Both the position numbers and the translations under genes were made by a program. A stretch of DNA of 64,000 nucleotides from Promethearchaeota archaeon (GTDB lineage: Archaea > Asgardarchaeota > Lokiarchaeia > Sigyniarchaeales > SOKP01): positions 384,001 through 448,000 of the forward strand of contig JAEOUA010000003.1 of assembly GCA_016839555.1 (NCBI GenBank), given 5' to 3'. Below the pieces are notes generated by a model, which searched no databases, was not told the origin of the DNA, and saw only the letters and a list, made by a program, of their open reading frames with translations. Below are positions 40,234-50,105 of this stretch, piece by piece; positions within the stretch are counted from its first letter, which is position 1; each line of letters opens with the position of its first letter.

Positions 40234-40564
40234 CTAAAATCAGCACCTTTATTTTTTTTAAAAAAAAGAAGGAGATGCTTTATTAATACCCCTTCTTTTC
40301 GAACTCCGCCGATACTTTGGTGACTAATTGCCTCCTTATATCTTTTTTGAGCTCAATTAATCAATATTTATTTTTTTATTTAATCTTTTATTAAATAAAT
40401 TATAAATTTTTCAAAGGATTAGTTTAAATTTGTAAACCTTAACAAGAAAAAATCCTAAAATTTAAAGATATTTAAAAATCAATCATATAACAACTTTTTT
40501 ATAGATTTAAAATAATATTAATAATATTAAAAAGACTTAAAATAAAAAAATAAAAGGGAATAAA

Positions 40565-40930
40565 TTGGCAACAAATTGTAGATGCTATATGATTTTCTTT
40601 GTTTGGATAATTGCATTAGTTGCATTAGCTAATATTATTAATACGAAATATTCTACTACCACAGAATATATTATTGCTGGTGTAATAACTCTTCCAATAC
40701 TTTTCATTGAACCAATAATACGTTTTATAATAAAAAAAGGAGCTAATTTTCAGCAATCAAATGTTCGAAAAGAAGAAGAGGAGGCATATGAAGAAATTTT
40801 AAAAAGAAGTCTGAATGGATCCAATATAAAAGGTGAATCTGATTTTATTCTTTGCCCCAATTGTGGAGAAAAAAATATTAAAGCAGCAGATTTTTGTAAA
40901 GCTTGTGGAAAAGATTTAAGAAAACTCTAA
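40565..40930 (+). CDS. 2-TM protein with C-terminal zinc ribbon
   Basis: CPNCG...FCKACGKDLR. Confidence 0.78.
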   Translation: MATNCRCYMIFFVWIIALVALANIINTKYSTTTEYIIAGVITLPILFIEPIIRFIIKKGANFQQSNVRKEEEEAYEEILKRSLNGSNIKGESDFILCPNCGEKNIKAADFCKACGKDLRKL

Positions 40931-41018
40931 AATTTATTTTAAATACTAAAATATTTTTATTTTTTTCATTCAAAAATAAAAAAATGAAGAGGGAGTAAAT
41001 ATTAACCCAAATTTTTTT

Positions 41019-41519
41019 GTGTCTATAAACGCTTCAGACTTGAAAAAAATAATTCCTTTAGGACAAGATATTATTTATAGTACTTTAATGAAAGGAAAAA
41101 AAGTCAATCCTTATGATAAAAAAAATTATTATAGCTTTTATACTCATATATTATGTACACCAAAAGGTATTGCTTGGAAATTTACTGATTGGAAAAATGA
41201 TGAGATAAATTTTTTTACCAACTGGATAGATATTCCCGCACTTAAACGCAAGTTTATTAAGCTTAACAGATACATAAATTTAAAATTATTTCAACTCGAA
41301 AAAGAAATTAGTCATATTTTTCATAGGCGTACTTATCATTTCCTATTATCAATCTTACCCCATGCAATTAATTATGCTAATTTTGAACTTGAGAATCTTC
41401 CTAAGGATCAAGATCGCAAGAGGAGGAAAAAACTAAAAAAATTAAAAAACTTTATTTATAAATCTTCAAAATTATTTGAGAAAATAGAAAAGATAGCACT
41501 AAATAAAGGTTATATTTAA
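41019..41519 (+). CDS. hypothetical basic protein, putative PH-like fold; paralog of 42351-42800
   Basis: IIP.G.DIIYST...THIL.T..GI pattern shared with 42351-42800. Confidence 0.7.
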   Translation: MSINASDLKKIIPLGQDIIYSTLMKGKKVNPYDKKNYYSFYTHILCTPKGIAWKFTDWKNDEINFFTNWIDIPALKRKFIKLNRYINLKLFQLEKEISHIFHRRTYHFLLSILPHAINYANFELENLPKDQDRKRRKKLKKLKNFIYKSSKLFEKIEKIALNKGYI

Positions 41520-41578
41520 ATTTTATAAGATTATATTTTATAATATTAATATAAATTAGACAAAAAAAAGTATTTAAA

Positions 41579-42268
41579 ATGAGTATTGATAATTTACAAC
41601 CAAAAGATGTTTTCAAATTTGAATGTTTAAAATGTGGAGCTCCAGCAACAACATATTTCAAACATGTTGAACAAAAATCGAGAATGTTCTTTACATCTAA
41701 ATATGTCTCAGAAAAAAAATTTTTAAGATCATTAAGAGTTCCCGTTTGTTCCAATTGCGATTCAGATCTTAAAACTTGGACTAATAAATATTCAACAACA
41801 AGATCTTCCTATGTAGATGTTATTTGCGAGTTTGTTCTTGGAGTTGGTATTGGGGTTGTTTTGCTATTAATCAGAGATTTTTTTCCCCAAGATCTGAGAT
41901 GGATATCTATCTTGGTGCCAACGCTTTTATTTTTTTTAGTGGGAATCGGTATTATCTATAAGATTTATAAATCAGGAGTAATAAGGAAGAAACCAAATAG
42001 TCCTTTTAGGTATATTGATTTTAGATTAAATAAGCCTTATGTTAGACCAGGTGGTAAAGGCTCATGGATTAAATACACAGATTGGCTTAAAAAAACAGGA
42101 GAAATAGATATTAGCATAGTGGAACAAGCACAATTAGAAAGAGAAAAAAAAGAATTTGAATTGGAACACGATATTAATGTTTTCTATTGTCCAAATTGCG
42201 GAGCAAAATATAATATGGGAACTGATTTTTGTCCAAATTGTGGAAAAGATTTAAGACCATTATATTAA
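41579..42268 (+). CDS. 2-TM protein with N- and C-terminal zinc ribbons
   Basis: CLKC...CSNC, two TMs, YCPNCG...FCPNCGKDLR. Confidence 0.8.
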   Translation: MSIDNLQPKDVFKFECLKCGAPATTYFKHVEQKSRMFFTSKYVSEKKFLRSLRVPVCSNCDSDLKTWTNKYSTTRSSYVDVICEFVLGVGIGVVLLLIRDFFPQDLRWISILVPTLLFFLVGIGIIYKIYKSGVIRKKPNSPFRYIDFRLNKPYVRPGGKGSWIKYTDWLKKTGEIDISIVEQAQLEREKKEFELEHDINVFYCPNCGAKYNMGTDFCPNCGKDLRPLY

Positions 42269-42350
42269 AATTAGTAAAAATAAAAAAAATTTTTTATTTT
42301 TTCTTGAGTTATTAATTTATTGATTTATTTCATTTTTTTAGTTCTAGGAA

Positions 42351-42800
42351 TTATGGTTGTTTATCTAAAGTGGATTTAAATTCATTTATTTTTTTATTTA
42401 TTTTTTTTACTTTTCTCTTTTTTAAATCAGGATTATTTTCAAGTTTTTGTTCCAAACTAGTTATTAAAATAGGTAATATTGTTTTTGGAAATTGACTTGC
42501 TCGTTTTTGAAAATCCTCCTCTGATTCATATTCTCTTGCTCTTTTTAGTTTAAATTTATATGCTGGACCTATCACTCGAAATTCATCTTTTTTTACCTTA
42601 CTGATTGTGTTATAACCAAAAAACATAGGTTTACTGCGCCCGAAGGATTTTCTCTCTTCAAATACTATATAATTATCGGTAAAAAGAACATGAGAATTAT
42701 ATTCTATACGTCCAACACGTTTACCCTTAGAATAAAATTGTGAAATTCTACATAATGTGCTATATTTAATATTTTCTCCTTCTGGAACGGTTTTAGTCAA
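42351..42800 (-). CDS. hypothetical basic protein, putative PH-like fold; paralog of 41019-41519
   Basis: VPEGENIKYSTL...SHVLFTD; homology extends upstream to 42821. Confidence 0.7.
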   Translation of the reverse strand: MTKTVPEGENIKYSTLCRISQFYSKGKRVGRIEYNSHVLFTDNYIVFEERKSFGRSKPMFFGYNTISKVKKDEFRVIGPAYKFKLKRAREYESEEDFQKRASQFPKTILPILITSLEQKLENNPDLKKRKVKKINKKINEFKSTLDKQP

Positions 42801-43018
42801 TTCACTAAAATTTATCGGTACATAAAAATTTGAAATAAAAAATTCACTTCTGGTAATGTTTAATTAAATATGTTCTTCTTTTTTATTTAAATGTTTGCTT
42901 TGATATTCCTTATCTATTTTGTTCTTATTATGATAAATATAGATATAAAAAAAGAAATTATAGTTTTCCATCAATCTAAAACAAAATTTTTAAAATTAAG
43001 GCTATTTGCAATTAAATG

Positions 43019-45409
43019 TTATTCATTAGTTGAATGATTATTTTTATAACTAAATCTACTAATTTTATAAATTTCCTGCGCTATTTTTCTTCCAATATTT
43101 TCTACTTTCATTAAATCTCCAATATCTGAATTAAAAATTTTTTGAAGAGTTTTCATTTCTTTCAGTAAGTTTTTTGCTCGTAAAGTATTAACTCCCGGCA
43201 CACCTGAAATAATGTATTCTAATAAATATGATAATTCAATTGGGGCTTTTTTAAACCTAGATTTTACGGGTTTTTTATATTCAGATTGTTCCCTTTTAGC
43301 CAATTGATATAAAAATTTGGCGGATTCATTTACATCGGAAGTTCTATAAACATTTACTCCTAAATCCAATATTATAGAAGTGATCGCTCCATATAGAGCA
43401 TTTTCACTTATGTTTGTATTTAAAAAAGGATTTTCCTCTAAAATTAGTATTGGTCTTTCAAAATTTTTAGTTAAGTCAATTAATTCTTTAAATAAACGTC
43501 CATCTTTAATGGAATTAGTAAAATCTTGGGAACTTTTTCTTTCTATTCCCACTCGTTCTGAGACTATATAATCTGCTACTTCAAGTTGCTCTAATTGGAT
43601 ATTAACTCCCATTAATGATAATTTTCTCACTACGGGAGATGCTGTCTCTCTATTATCACATAATATAGAGATTTTCTGTGCACCATTAATATCTTTACTT
43701 TCTTCATGATTATGTGAGGATTCTTCAATAGAAACTTTGCTGATTTTCTTATTATCCGATTGCTTAGAATTTTGGGGTTGATCACCTTTTTGTTTATTTA
43801 TGAAACTCAAGAGATCCTTTTGCTCCTTTGACTCCATTTTATTTTCTGATTTTTTCATTCTTTTTAAGGTTTGACGCATATTCGATTCTTTATTTTTTTC
43901 AGCCCAATAATATCCCTCATCTCTGGTTCCTTTTGCCATTAATATGTAAATTTTTCCCTCGTTTTTTCTTCCTGTTCTGCCTCTTCTCTGGATTGATCGG
44001 ATCGCACTTGGAACAACATCATAAAATATTACTAAATTACATTCTGCTATGTCTAAACCCTCCTCCGCTACGCTCGTACCCACTAGCGTATTAAATGTAC
44101 CATTTTTGAATTCCTCTAAAATCTCAATCTGTTTTTTTTGAGTTAACCCTTTGTCGGAACCTTTATTTGCTTGTCCAATGAATTTATGAGCTCTTATTTT
44201 AGAATTATTTTTTATAATATTTACAATATTGTTCACAGAATCCCTATAATGAGCAAACACTAAGACTCTGGAGTCTTGATTTTCTTGAAATTGATTCGTT
44301 AAAATTGCTTCTAATTTGTCAATTTTTGGATGTATAATTCCTTGTGATTGAATTTTTTGGATTAAATTTATAAGTTTTCTGATATCTGAATCTTTAAATA
44401 ATTCCTTCAATGACTTGTTTGCTTTATTTTTTTTTATTTTGTCTATATTTTTGTCAATATAATCCTTCAGCGCGTTTATACCTTGAGTTTCTATTAATTC
44501 CATCATATGAGAAAGTCTAATCGAATTAGCTTGCAATTTCTTAGCATAGAAAAGATTATATTTTTCATCATCAGAAGGAGCAGAGGCAATTTTTCGATTA
44601 ATGATTTGATTTAGTTTTAACAAATCCCTTCTCGTTACATTATTAATATCATAAGAATTAAGGAGATCCATCTTTTTTAGATGCATGTAATGCTGTTTAA
44701 GTTTTTCTTGCAAGATTTTCAATATTTCCGAAAACTCATTTGGTAATTCTATTTTAATCCAATTCTGATCTACATTATGGATGTATGGTTTAACATCAAG
44801 ATCCTTTTCGGTTCTTATCTCAATATGATTAATATATAAATTCTGCTTGATTTCGTTAATCTTTTCCTCGGTGGACCCTGGACTGGCTGTTAATCCTAGA
44901 ATTTGAGGATGTTTAGAATTTCTTATATATTTTTTCGCGATAAAGCAATATGCATAATCACCTATAGCTCGATGACATTCATCAAAAATAATTAGCGATA
45001 CATCGCTTAATGAATATTGATTTGATATAATATCGTTTTGGAGCACTTGGGGAGTCATAAACGCAATTTTTAGATCCTTCCAAATTTCTTTTCTTACATC
45101 TGGTGATATAGTTCCCGTTATTGATTGCAATGCCCTCGATTCTAATAAAATTGATTCCTTGAAGGAGTTATAATGTTGATTTACTAATGGTTTCGTGGGA
45201 GCAAGAAAAATTACTCGTGAATCAGGATATTCCGTAAGTCTATGAACCGCCATCATTAGACCGATAATTGTTTTCCCTAAACCTGTTGGAATAACTACTA
45301 AAGAATTATGATTTAAACAATTAATAAAAATTGTTTCTTGATAAGAGCGTCTCACTATTAAATTCTCTTGAATTAAAGGATGGGAAAGAAATTCATCTTC
45401 AGATGCCAT
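43019..45409 (-). CDS. hef: Hef (FANCM/Mph1-like) SF2 helicase with ERCC4 nuclease and HhH domain
   Basis: PTGLGKT, DECH, TASPG, QRRGRTGR; D.RE...ADY...ERK...D nuclease; HhH PGV...GRK. Confidence 0.95.
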   Translation of the reverse strand: MASEDEFLSHPLIQENLIVRRSYQETIFINCLNHNSLVVIPTGLGKTIIGLMMAVHRLTEYPDSRVIFLAPTKPLVNQHYNSFKESILLESRALQSITGTISPDVRKEIWKDLKIAFMTPQVLQNDIISNQYSLSDVSLIIFDECHRAIGDYAYCFIAKKYIRNSKHPQILGLTASPGSTEEKINEIKQNLYINHIEIRTEKDLDVKPYIHNVDQNWIKIELPNEFSEILKILQEKLKQHYMHLKKMDLLNSYDINNVTRRDLLKLNQIINRKIASAPSDDEKYNLFYAKKLQANSIRLSHMMELIETQGINALKDYIDKNIDKIKKNKANKSLKELFKDSDIRKLINLIQKIQSQGIIHPKIDKLEAILTNQFQENQDSRVLVFAHYRDSVNNIVNIIKNNSKIRAHKFIGQANKGSDKGLTQKKQIEILEEFKNGTFNTLVGTSVAEEGLDIAECNLVIFYDVVPSAIRSIQRRGRTGRKNEGKIYILMAKGTRDEGYYWAEKNKESNMRQTLKRMKKSENKMESKEQKDLLSFINKQKGDQPQNSKQSDNKKISKVSIEESSHNHEESKDINGAQKISILCDNRETASPVVRKLSLMGVNIQLEQLEVADYIVSERVGIERKSSQDFTNSIKDGRLFKELIDLTKNFERPILILEENPFLNTNISENALYGAITSIILDLGVNVYRTSDVNESAKFLYQLAKREQSEYKKPVKSRFKKAPIELSYLLEYIISGVPGVNTLRAKNLLKEMKTLQKIFNSDIGDLMKVENIGRKIAQEIYKISRFSYKNNHSTNE

Positions 45410-45604
45410 ATTAATCGAGGCTATTATTTGTTTTATTACTCTTCTATAAAATATTTATTTATCAATATATTTAAAATAAGAGAGACCAAGATTAATTATT
45501 AAATTAATAATATTTTAATAAAATTATAAACAAGTTAATTTACACTCTTTTCATCAATAAAAAGAAAATTTTAATTCGTATACTTGATTTTTATTCATAT
45601 CATT

Positions 45605-45679
45605 GCGCGGATAGTTTAGCCCGGCTATAACGACACGTTCACACCGTGTAGATCGGGGGTTCGAATCCCTCTCCGCGCA
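45605..45679 (+). tRNA. tRNA-Val(CAC), no intron, CCA not encoded
   Basis: acceptor GCGCGGA/TCCGCGC+A, anticodon stem ACACG-TTCACAC-CGTGT, T-arm GGGGG-TTCGAAT-CCCTC. Confidence 0.95.
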
Positions 45680-45739
45680 TTTTATCACGACTTTAATTTA
45701 ATTAAAATAAAATTGTTAATATTAACGAATATAAATTAA

Positions 45740-46927
45740 ATGGAGTGTTATATTATGGGACATAATTATGCTCTAATTGGAGCTGGACGGCAAGGGACAG
45801 CAGCTGCATATGATATGGCGAAAAATGGGGATGCGGATAAAGTTTTAATAGGAGATCTTAAAATTAAAAATGCCAAACAATCAGCCCAAAGAATTAATAA
45901 GCTTCTGAATAGAGAAATTGTTGAAGCTGCAGAAGTTAATGTAGAAAATAGGAGAACTATTATTAATTTTTTAACTGATGTAGATGCTTTTCTCAGTGCA
46001 GTGCCATATTACTTTAACTTAGATATTTCAAAAGCGGCAATAGAAGCTGGGGCAAGTATGTGTGATCTGGGAGGGAACACAGAGCTTGTAAAACAACAAT
46101 TAAAGCTTGATAAAGAAGCAAAAAAAGCGGGAATCACGATAGTACCTGATTGTGGGCAAGTTCCAGGTATGGGCACTATTTTATGCGCCTATGCAATGGA
46201 ATTACTTGATAATCCACTTGAAATTTATATGTGGGATGGTGGATTACCACAAAATCCTCGCCCTCCATTTAATTATTTACTTACTTTTAATATAGAAGGG
46301 CTTACGAATGAATATGCTGAACCTACATATTTTTTGAGGGATTATAAATTGATGGAAATTAATCCTTTAGAAGAGTTAGAATCCATATCCTTTCCAGACC
46401 CGATTGGTACCTTAGAAGCATTTACTACAGGGGGAGGTACATCTACTGCACCATGGACTTTTGAGGGTAAATTAAAGGTATATCAGAACAAAACTGTACG
46501 TTATCCTGGACATTTTGATCAACTCAGAGCTTTTTTTGACCTAGGATTATTTGATTTAAAACCACTAGAACTTAATGGAAAAAAAATAATCCCACGAGAA
46601 GTATTTCATACTCTCTTTGAACCAAAAGTTACATTCAAAAAAGATAAAGATCTTGTAGTCATCAGGGTGAAATGTGTTGGAGAAAAGAATGGAAAAAATG
46701 CTGAAGCAATTGTCGAATTAATTGATTATTATGATGAAAAAACTGGATTTACAGCGATGGAGCGAACTACGGGATGGGATGCTTCTATTACAGCTATCAT
46801 GATGACGCATGAGATAATATCTAAAGGTGCAATACCAGTAGAATTAGCAGTACCAAGTGAATTATTTATATCCGAATTATCAAAACGAGGAATAATGGTC
46901 TCTAATGAAATAAATTATCTTAAATAA
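45740..46927 (+). CDS. saccharopine dehydrogenase / lysine 6-dehydrogenase family protein
   Basis: GAGRQG, DLGG, DCG..PG, GGLPQ.P.PP..Y, NKT.RYPGH, AMERTTG. Confidence 0.88.
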   Translation: MECYIMGHNYALIGAGRQGTAAAYDMAKNGDADKVLIGDLKIKNAKQSAQRINKLLNREIVEAAEVNVENRRTIINFLTDVDAFLSAVPYYFNLDISKAAIEAGASMCDLGGNTELVKQQLKLDKEAKKAGITIVPDCGQVPGMGTILCAYAMELLDNPLEIYMWDGGLPQNPRPPFNYLLTFNIEGLTNEYAEPTYFLRDYKLMEINPLEELESISFPDPIGTLEAFTTGGGTSTAPWTFEGKLKVYQNKTVRYPGHFDQLRAFFDLGLFDLKPLELNGKKIIPREVFHTLFEPKVTFKKDKDLVVIRVKCVGEKNGKNAEAIVELIDYYDEKTGFTAMERTTGWDASITAIMMTHEIISKGAIPVELAVPSELFISELSKRGIMVSNEINYLK

Positions 46928-47069
46928 TCCTTTAAATATATTTCTACCTCATTCTTTTGTAAAATAAAGAGAGCCCTAATTAAGTAATATCAAATATATA
47001 ATAAAAAACCATAAAAATTAAATGAAAAGCTATATTTACCACAATAATTACTTTTTCTGATTTGATAAA

Positions 47070-47378
47070 ATGAGCTCATTTTTAGAATCTCAAGAATTGA
47101 GAAAAAAATATAAGGAAGTAAGAGAATATGTTAAGGTTGGCCCTATTTTCTTAACGAGGTATGAGAAAGCAAGAATCGTCGGCGCTCGAGCTTTGCAAAT
47201 TAGCTTTGGAGCTCCAATTTTAGTTGAAAAACCCAAGGATATGATAGATCCTATTAAGATCGCTCAATTAGAATTAAAATCGCAAATACTTCCTTTAACA
47301 ATTAGACGGGAGCATCCCACTGATCCTGAAAAATTTCAAGATATTCCTATCAATAAATTAATCTTAAAAAAAGAATAG
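47070..47378 (+). CDS. rpoK: DNA-directed RNA polymerase subunit Rpo6 (K/omega)
   Basis: LTRYEKARIVGARALQISFGAP...LPLTIRR. Confidence 0.96.
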   Translation: MSSFLESQELRKKYKEVREYVKVGPIFLTRYEKARIVGARALQISFGAPILVEKPKDMIDPIKIAQLELKSQILPLTIRREHPTDPEKFQDIPINKLILKKE

Positions 47379-47407
47379 ATTTTCTTATTTCTTAACCATA
47401 TTTATTT

Positions 47408-47600
47408 TTATCTTAGTTTATTTTTATAATGCCAAATCGGATAAGTCTTGCCTTCTGGATTCCCCAAAATAATGCATCTCACTATAGAGCGACCAAAATT
47501 ACCTTTAATATCAAACCAACCCTCCTTAGCTTGACTAAGAACAAACTCATAATTACATGAGAAGCATCTAAAGAAAAAAACATAATATATTTTTACTCAA
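47408..47600 (-). pseudogene. possible frameshifted small zinc-ribbon ORF
   Basis: frame FFFRCFSCNYEF...RCIILGNPEGKTYPIWHY..LR* has no in-frame start; a 1-nt change in the T7 run would join it to ATG or TTG. Confidence 0.3.
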
Positions 47601-47663
47601 AACTCGTAAGAAGATTATAATAATATCTTAAAAATAGTTTAATAGCCGACTTTTATAAAAACT

Positions 47664-48068
47664 TTATAAAATTTTATCTTTTCCACGTTCACTTAAAAAA
47701 TAGACTCTTTTATCACCAACTATTTGCGTTTCTACATATCCTTTTGAAATAAGTTTATCCAAGATATCTTCTAATTCTGCTTTTTTATAGGGCTCTTTTC
47801 CTAAAGGTATTCTACTCTGATTAGCGATTATCGCAATTCTGGTCAAAAACATTCGTTTATTTTGTATAGATTCTATAATGGTTTTTTCATCACTAGATAA
47901 TTTTTCGTAGCTATCGTGAGGTACTATTCTTTCTTTTATATTTTTTGCTATATTAATTGATTCAGGATCAAGAGTTCGCTTTTTAGTTTCTACATGGGTT
48001 AATTTGACTTTATCCTTTGCTACCTCTTTTTTTTTATCGTTTTGAGCTTCTTGTTCCTTATCATTCAT
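47664..48068 (-). CDS. winged-helix domain protein
   Basis: LDKLISKGYV....GDKRVYFLSERG wing motif. Confidence 0.7.
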   Translation of the reverse strand: MNDKEQEAQNDKKKEVAKDKVKLTHVETKKRTLDPESINIAKNIKERIVPHDSYEKLSSDEKTIIESIQNKRMFLTRIAIIANQSRIPLGKEPYKKAELEDILDKLISKGYVETQIVGDKRVYFLSERGKDKIL

Positions 48069-48123
48069 AATATTTTTAAAGCAATTTAATTATAAAAATT
48101 TATAGAAAAATCGCTTTAAAAAA

Positions 48124-48684
48124 ATGAAAGAAGTCTTTAAAATCTCAACGGGAGAAGAAATATATCTTCGATATATCAAAAGATCAGATTTAAATGCTGT
48201 GTGGAGAAATTTTAATGAAGTTGTTGAGGAAGATATCTATCCCGTGTTTTTTCCCGTCGAAACTCAATTTGAAAAAGAGTCATGGTATGATAGTCTTAAA
48301 AGGGAAAAAAATATTTGCATTATTGCTGATAATCTTGACTTAAAAGTACCATTTAATGTAGTGGGCCAATGTGAAATTTCTAATATCGAATGGGACGCTA
48401 GTAAACACGTGGGAAGCTTAGGTGTTATCGTACAAAAGAATTATCGTGATATGGGCATTGGCAAACGACTGATAGATATGGCCATTCGGGAATCCCAAAA
48501 GTTAAACAATAAAGAAAAAATTATATTAAGTTGCTTTACTAATAATGAAAGAGCAATTCATTTATATAAAGAATTAGGCTTTAAAGAGGTTGGGATCCGA
48601 AAAGCGCAATTTAAAATCGAAGGAAGATATTACGACGAATTATTAATGGAATTATTAATTGAAGATTATCTTAAAGGTCAGTAA
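48124..48684 (+). CDS. GNAT family N-acetyltransferase
   Basis: YRDMGIGK, NERAIHLYKELGF. Confidence 0.92.
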   Translation: MKEVFKISTGEEIYLRYIKRSDLNAVWRNFNEVVEEDIYPVFFPVETQFEKESWYDSLKREKNICIIADNLDLKVPFNVVGQCEISNIEWDASKHVGSLGVIVQKNYRDMGIGKRLIDMAIRESQKLNNKEKIILSCFTNNERAIHLYKELGFKEVGIRKAQFKIEGRYYDELLMELLIEDYLKGQ

Positions 48685-48716
48685 TTTTTTCAGATTAGTT
48701 TTTTAAAATCAGTTTA

Positions 48717-49952
48717 TTAAGACATTCTTGTTTTTTTATAATAAGACAATCTAGATTCCGAAGTGAGGGGATTATTATTTAATGAAAGGAAGTTTAAGCT
48801 GCTTAAGGAATCAAGATCATTAAAATAGAAATTTTTGATATTATTATTATCTAAGAATAAAATAATTAAATTTTTTAAGAATTTAATTCCTTGAATTTCA
48901 TTGATTGAATTATTATTTAAATATAATTCCTTTAATTCTGATAAATTTTGTAATCCTTCGATTTTTTTAATTTTATTATTATTAAGAAGAAGAATATTTA
49001 GCTTTGGTAAATTTTTTAATCCTGTAATTTTTTCTATTTTGTTAAATGAAAGATTTAATTTCTTCAATTGAGTTAATTTCTCTAAGTGAGTTATAATATT
49101 TATATTATTTGATGCAAGAGAAAGTGTTTCTAAATGAGTCACGTAATCTAAATTCTCAATATTTTCTATTTTATTATTTGATAAATTTAATACTTCTAAA
49201 TTTTTTAGTTCATATAAATTTTCTATCTTCATAATCTCATTACTAGATAAATCTAAGCATTTTAACCTTTTTAAATGGCTAATGTCTGATATACTCGAGA
49301 TTTGATTATTGTTTAGTATTAAAGTTTCTAAGTAAATGAGCTTATCAAATCCAGCTATTTCATTTATTCGAGTTAAATTTGAGCCTTCGCAATTTAAGGA
49401 TATTATCAATTTATTTTGAAGGTTCACTTTATATCCACATTTATTAGTATAATAATCATAGAGAAGAAGATTTATCCCAATCTCAATATAATCTGAAAAT
49501 AGAGGTGAATTATTATTAATATGAAAAGATGATTCAATTATTTTTTTCTCAATTTTGAATATTCTAAAGATGGAACTAAAGTAATTGAATAAAATCCCTC
49601 GTGCTTCATTAGTTTCTAAATTTTTTAATATATCAATTGCGAACAATTTTTTCTCAATTGATTCAACATTTTTTATTGTATATTGTAAAAGGGATAAAAA
49701 AGAATCATGTAAACGATAGTTGTTATTTAAAATTCTCCCTGAACTTAAGGATAATTGAATATTTTCATCAGATAAGAACAAAGCTTCAAAAAATTCATAT
49801 TGAGTTCCATTATCGATTTCTCCTAAAAATTCTAAGGCTTTTTGCCTCAAATGTTGATTATTTGAATAATTAATCCATTCTTTTAACAACTGAACACTTT
49901 CGTTGTAACCAAGTTCATTAAAATGTTTCTTAATATATTCGGGTTTTTTCAT
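48717..49952 (-). CDS. leucine-rich repeat protein (SDS22-like LRRs, helical N-terminus)
   Basis: about nine 22-aa L..L.L..N.I..I.(N/G)L repeats. Confidence 0.92.
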   Translation of the reverse strand: MKKPEYIKKHFNELGYNESVQLLKEWINYSNNQHLRQKALEFLGEIDNGTQYEFFEALFLSDENIQLSLSSGRILNNNYRLHDSFLSLLQYTIKNVESIEKKLFAIDILKNLETNEARGILFNYFSSIFRIFKIEKKIIESSFHINNNSPLFSDYIEIGINLLLYDYYTNKCGYKVNLQNKLIISLNCEGSNLTRINEIAGFDKLIYLETLILNNNQISSISDISHLKRLKCLDLSSNEIMKIENLYELKNLEVLNLSNNKIENIENLDYVTHLETLSLASNNINIITHLEKLTQLKKLNLSFNKIEKITGLKNLPKLNILLLNNNKIKKIEGLQNLSELKELYLNNNSINEIQGIKFLKNLIILFLDNNNIKNFYFNDLDSLSSLNFLSLNNNPLTSESRLSYYKKTRMS

Positions 49953-50105
49953 TATTTAAGAAAAATTTGTTAAATTTACATCTTTCAATAAAAAATATAT
50001 CCTAATAAAGTTTGCATAATGCAATACTAAATTCCATTAGATTAAACGGAGAATATGGAAATACTATATTACACTGAATGAATTTAAAAATACGATTATA
50101 AAACT

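Noticed and set aside
45605-45740. tRNA-Val as the integration site of an island
   Set aside because: No integrase and no duplicated tRNA 3' end seen; the flanks are housekeeping genes.
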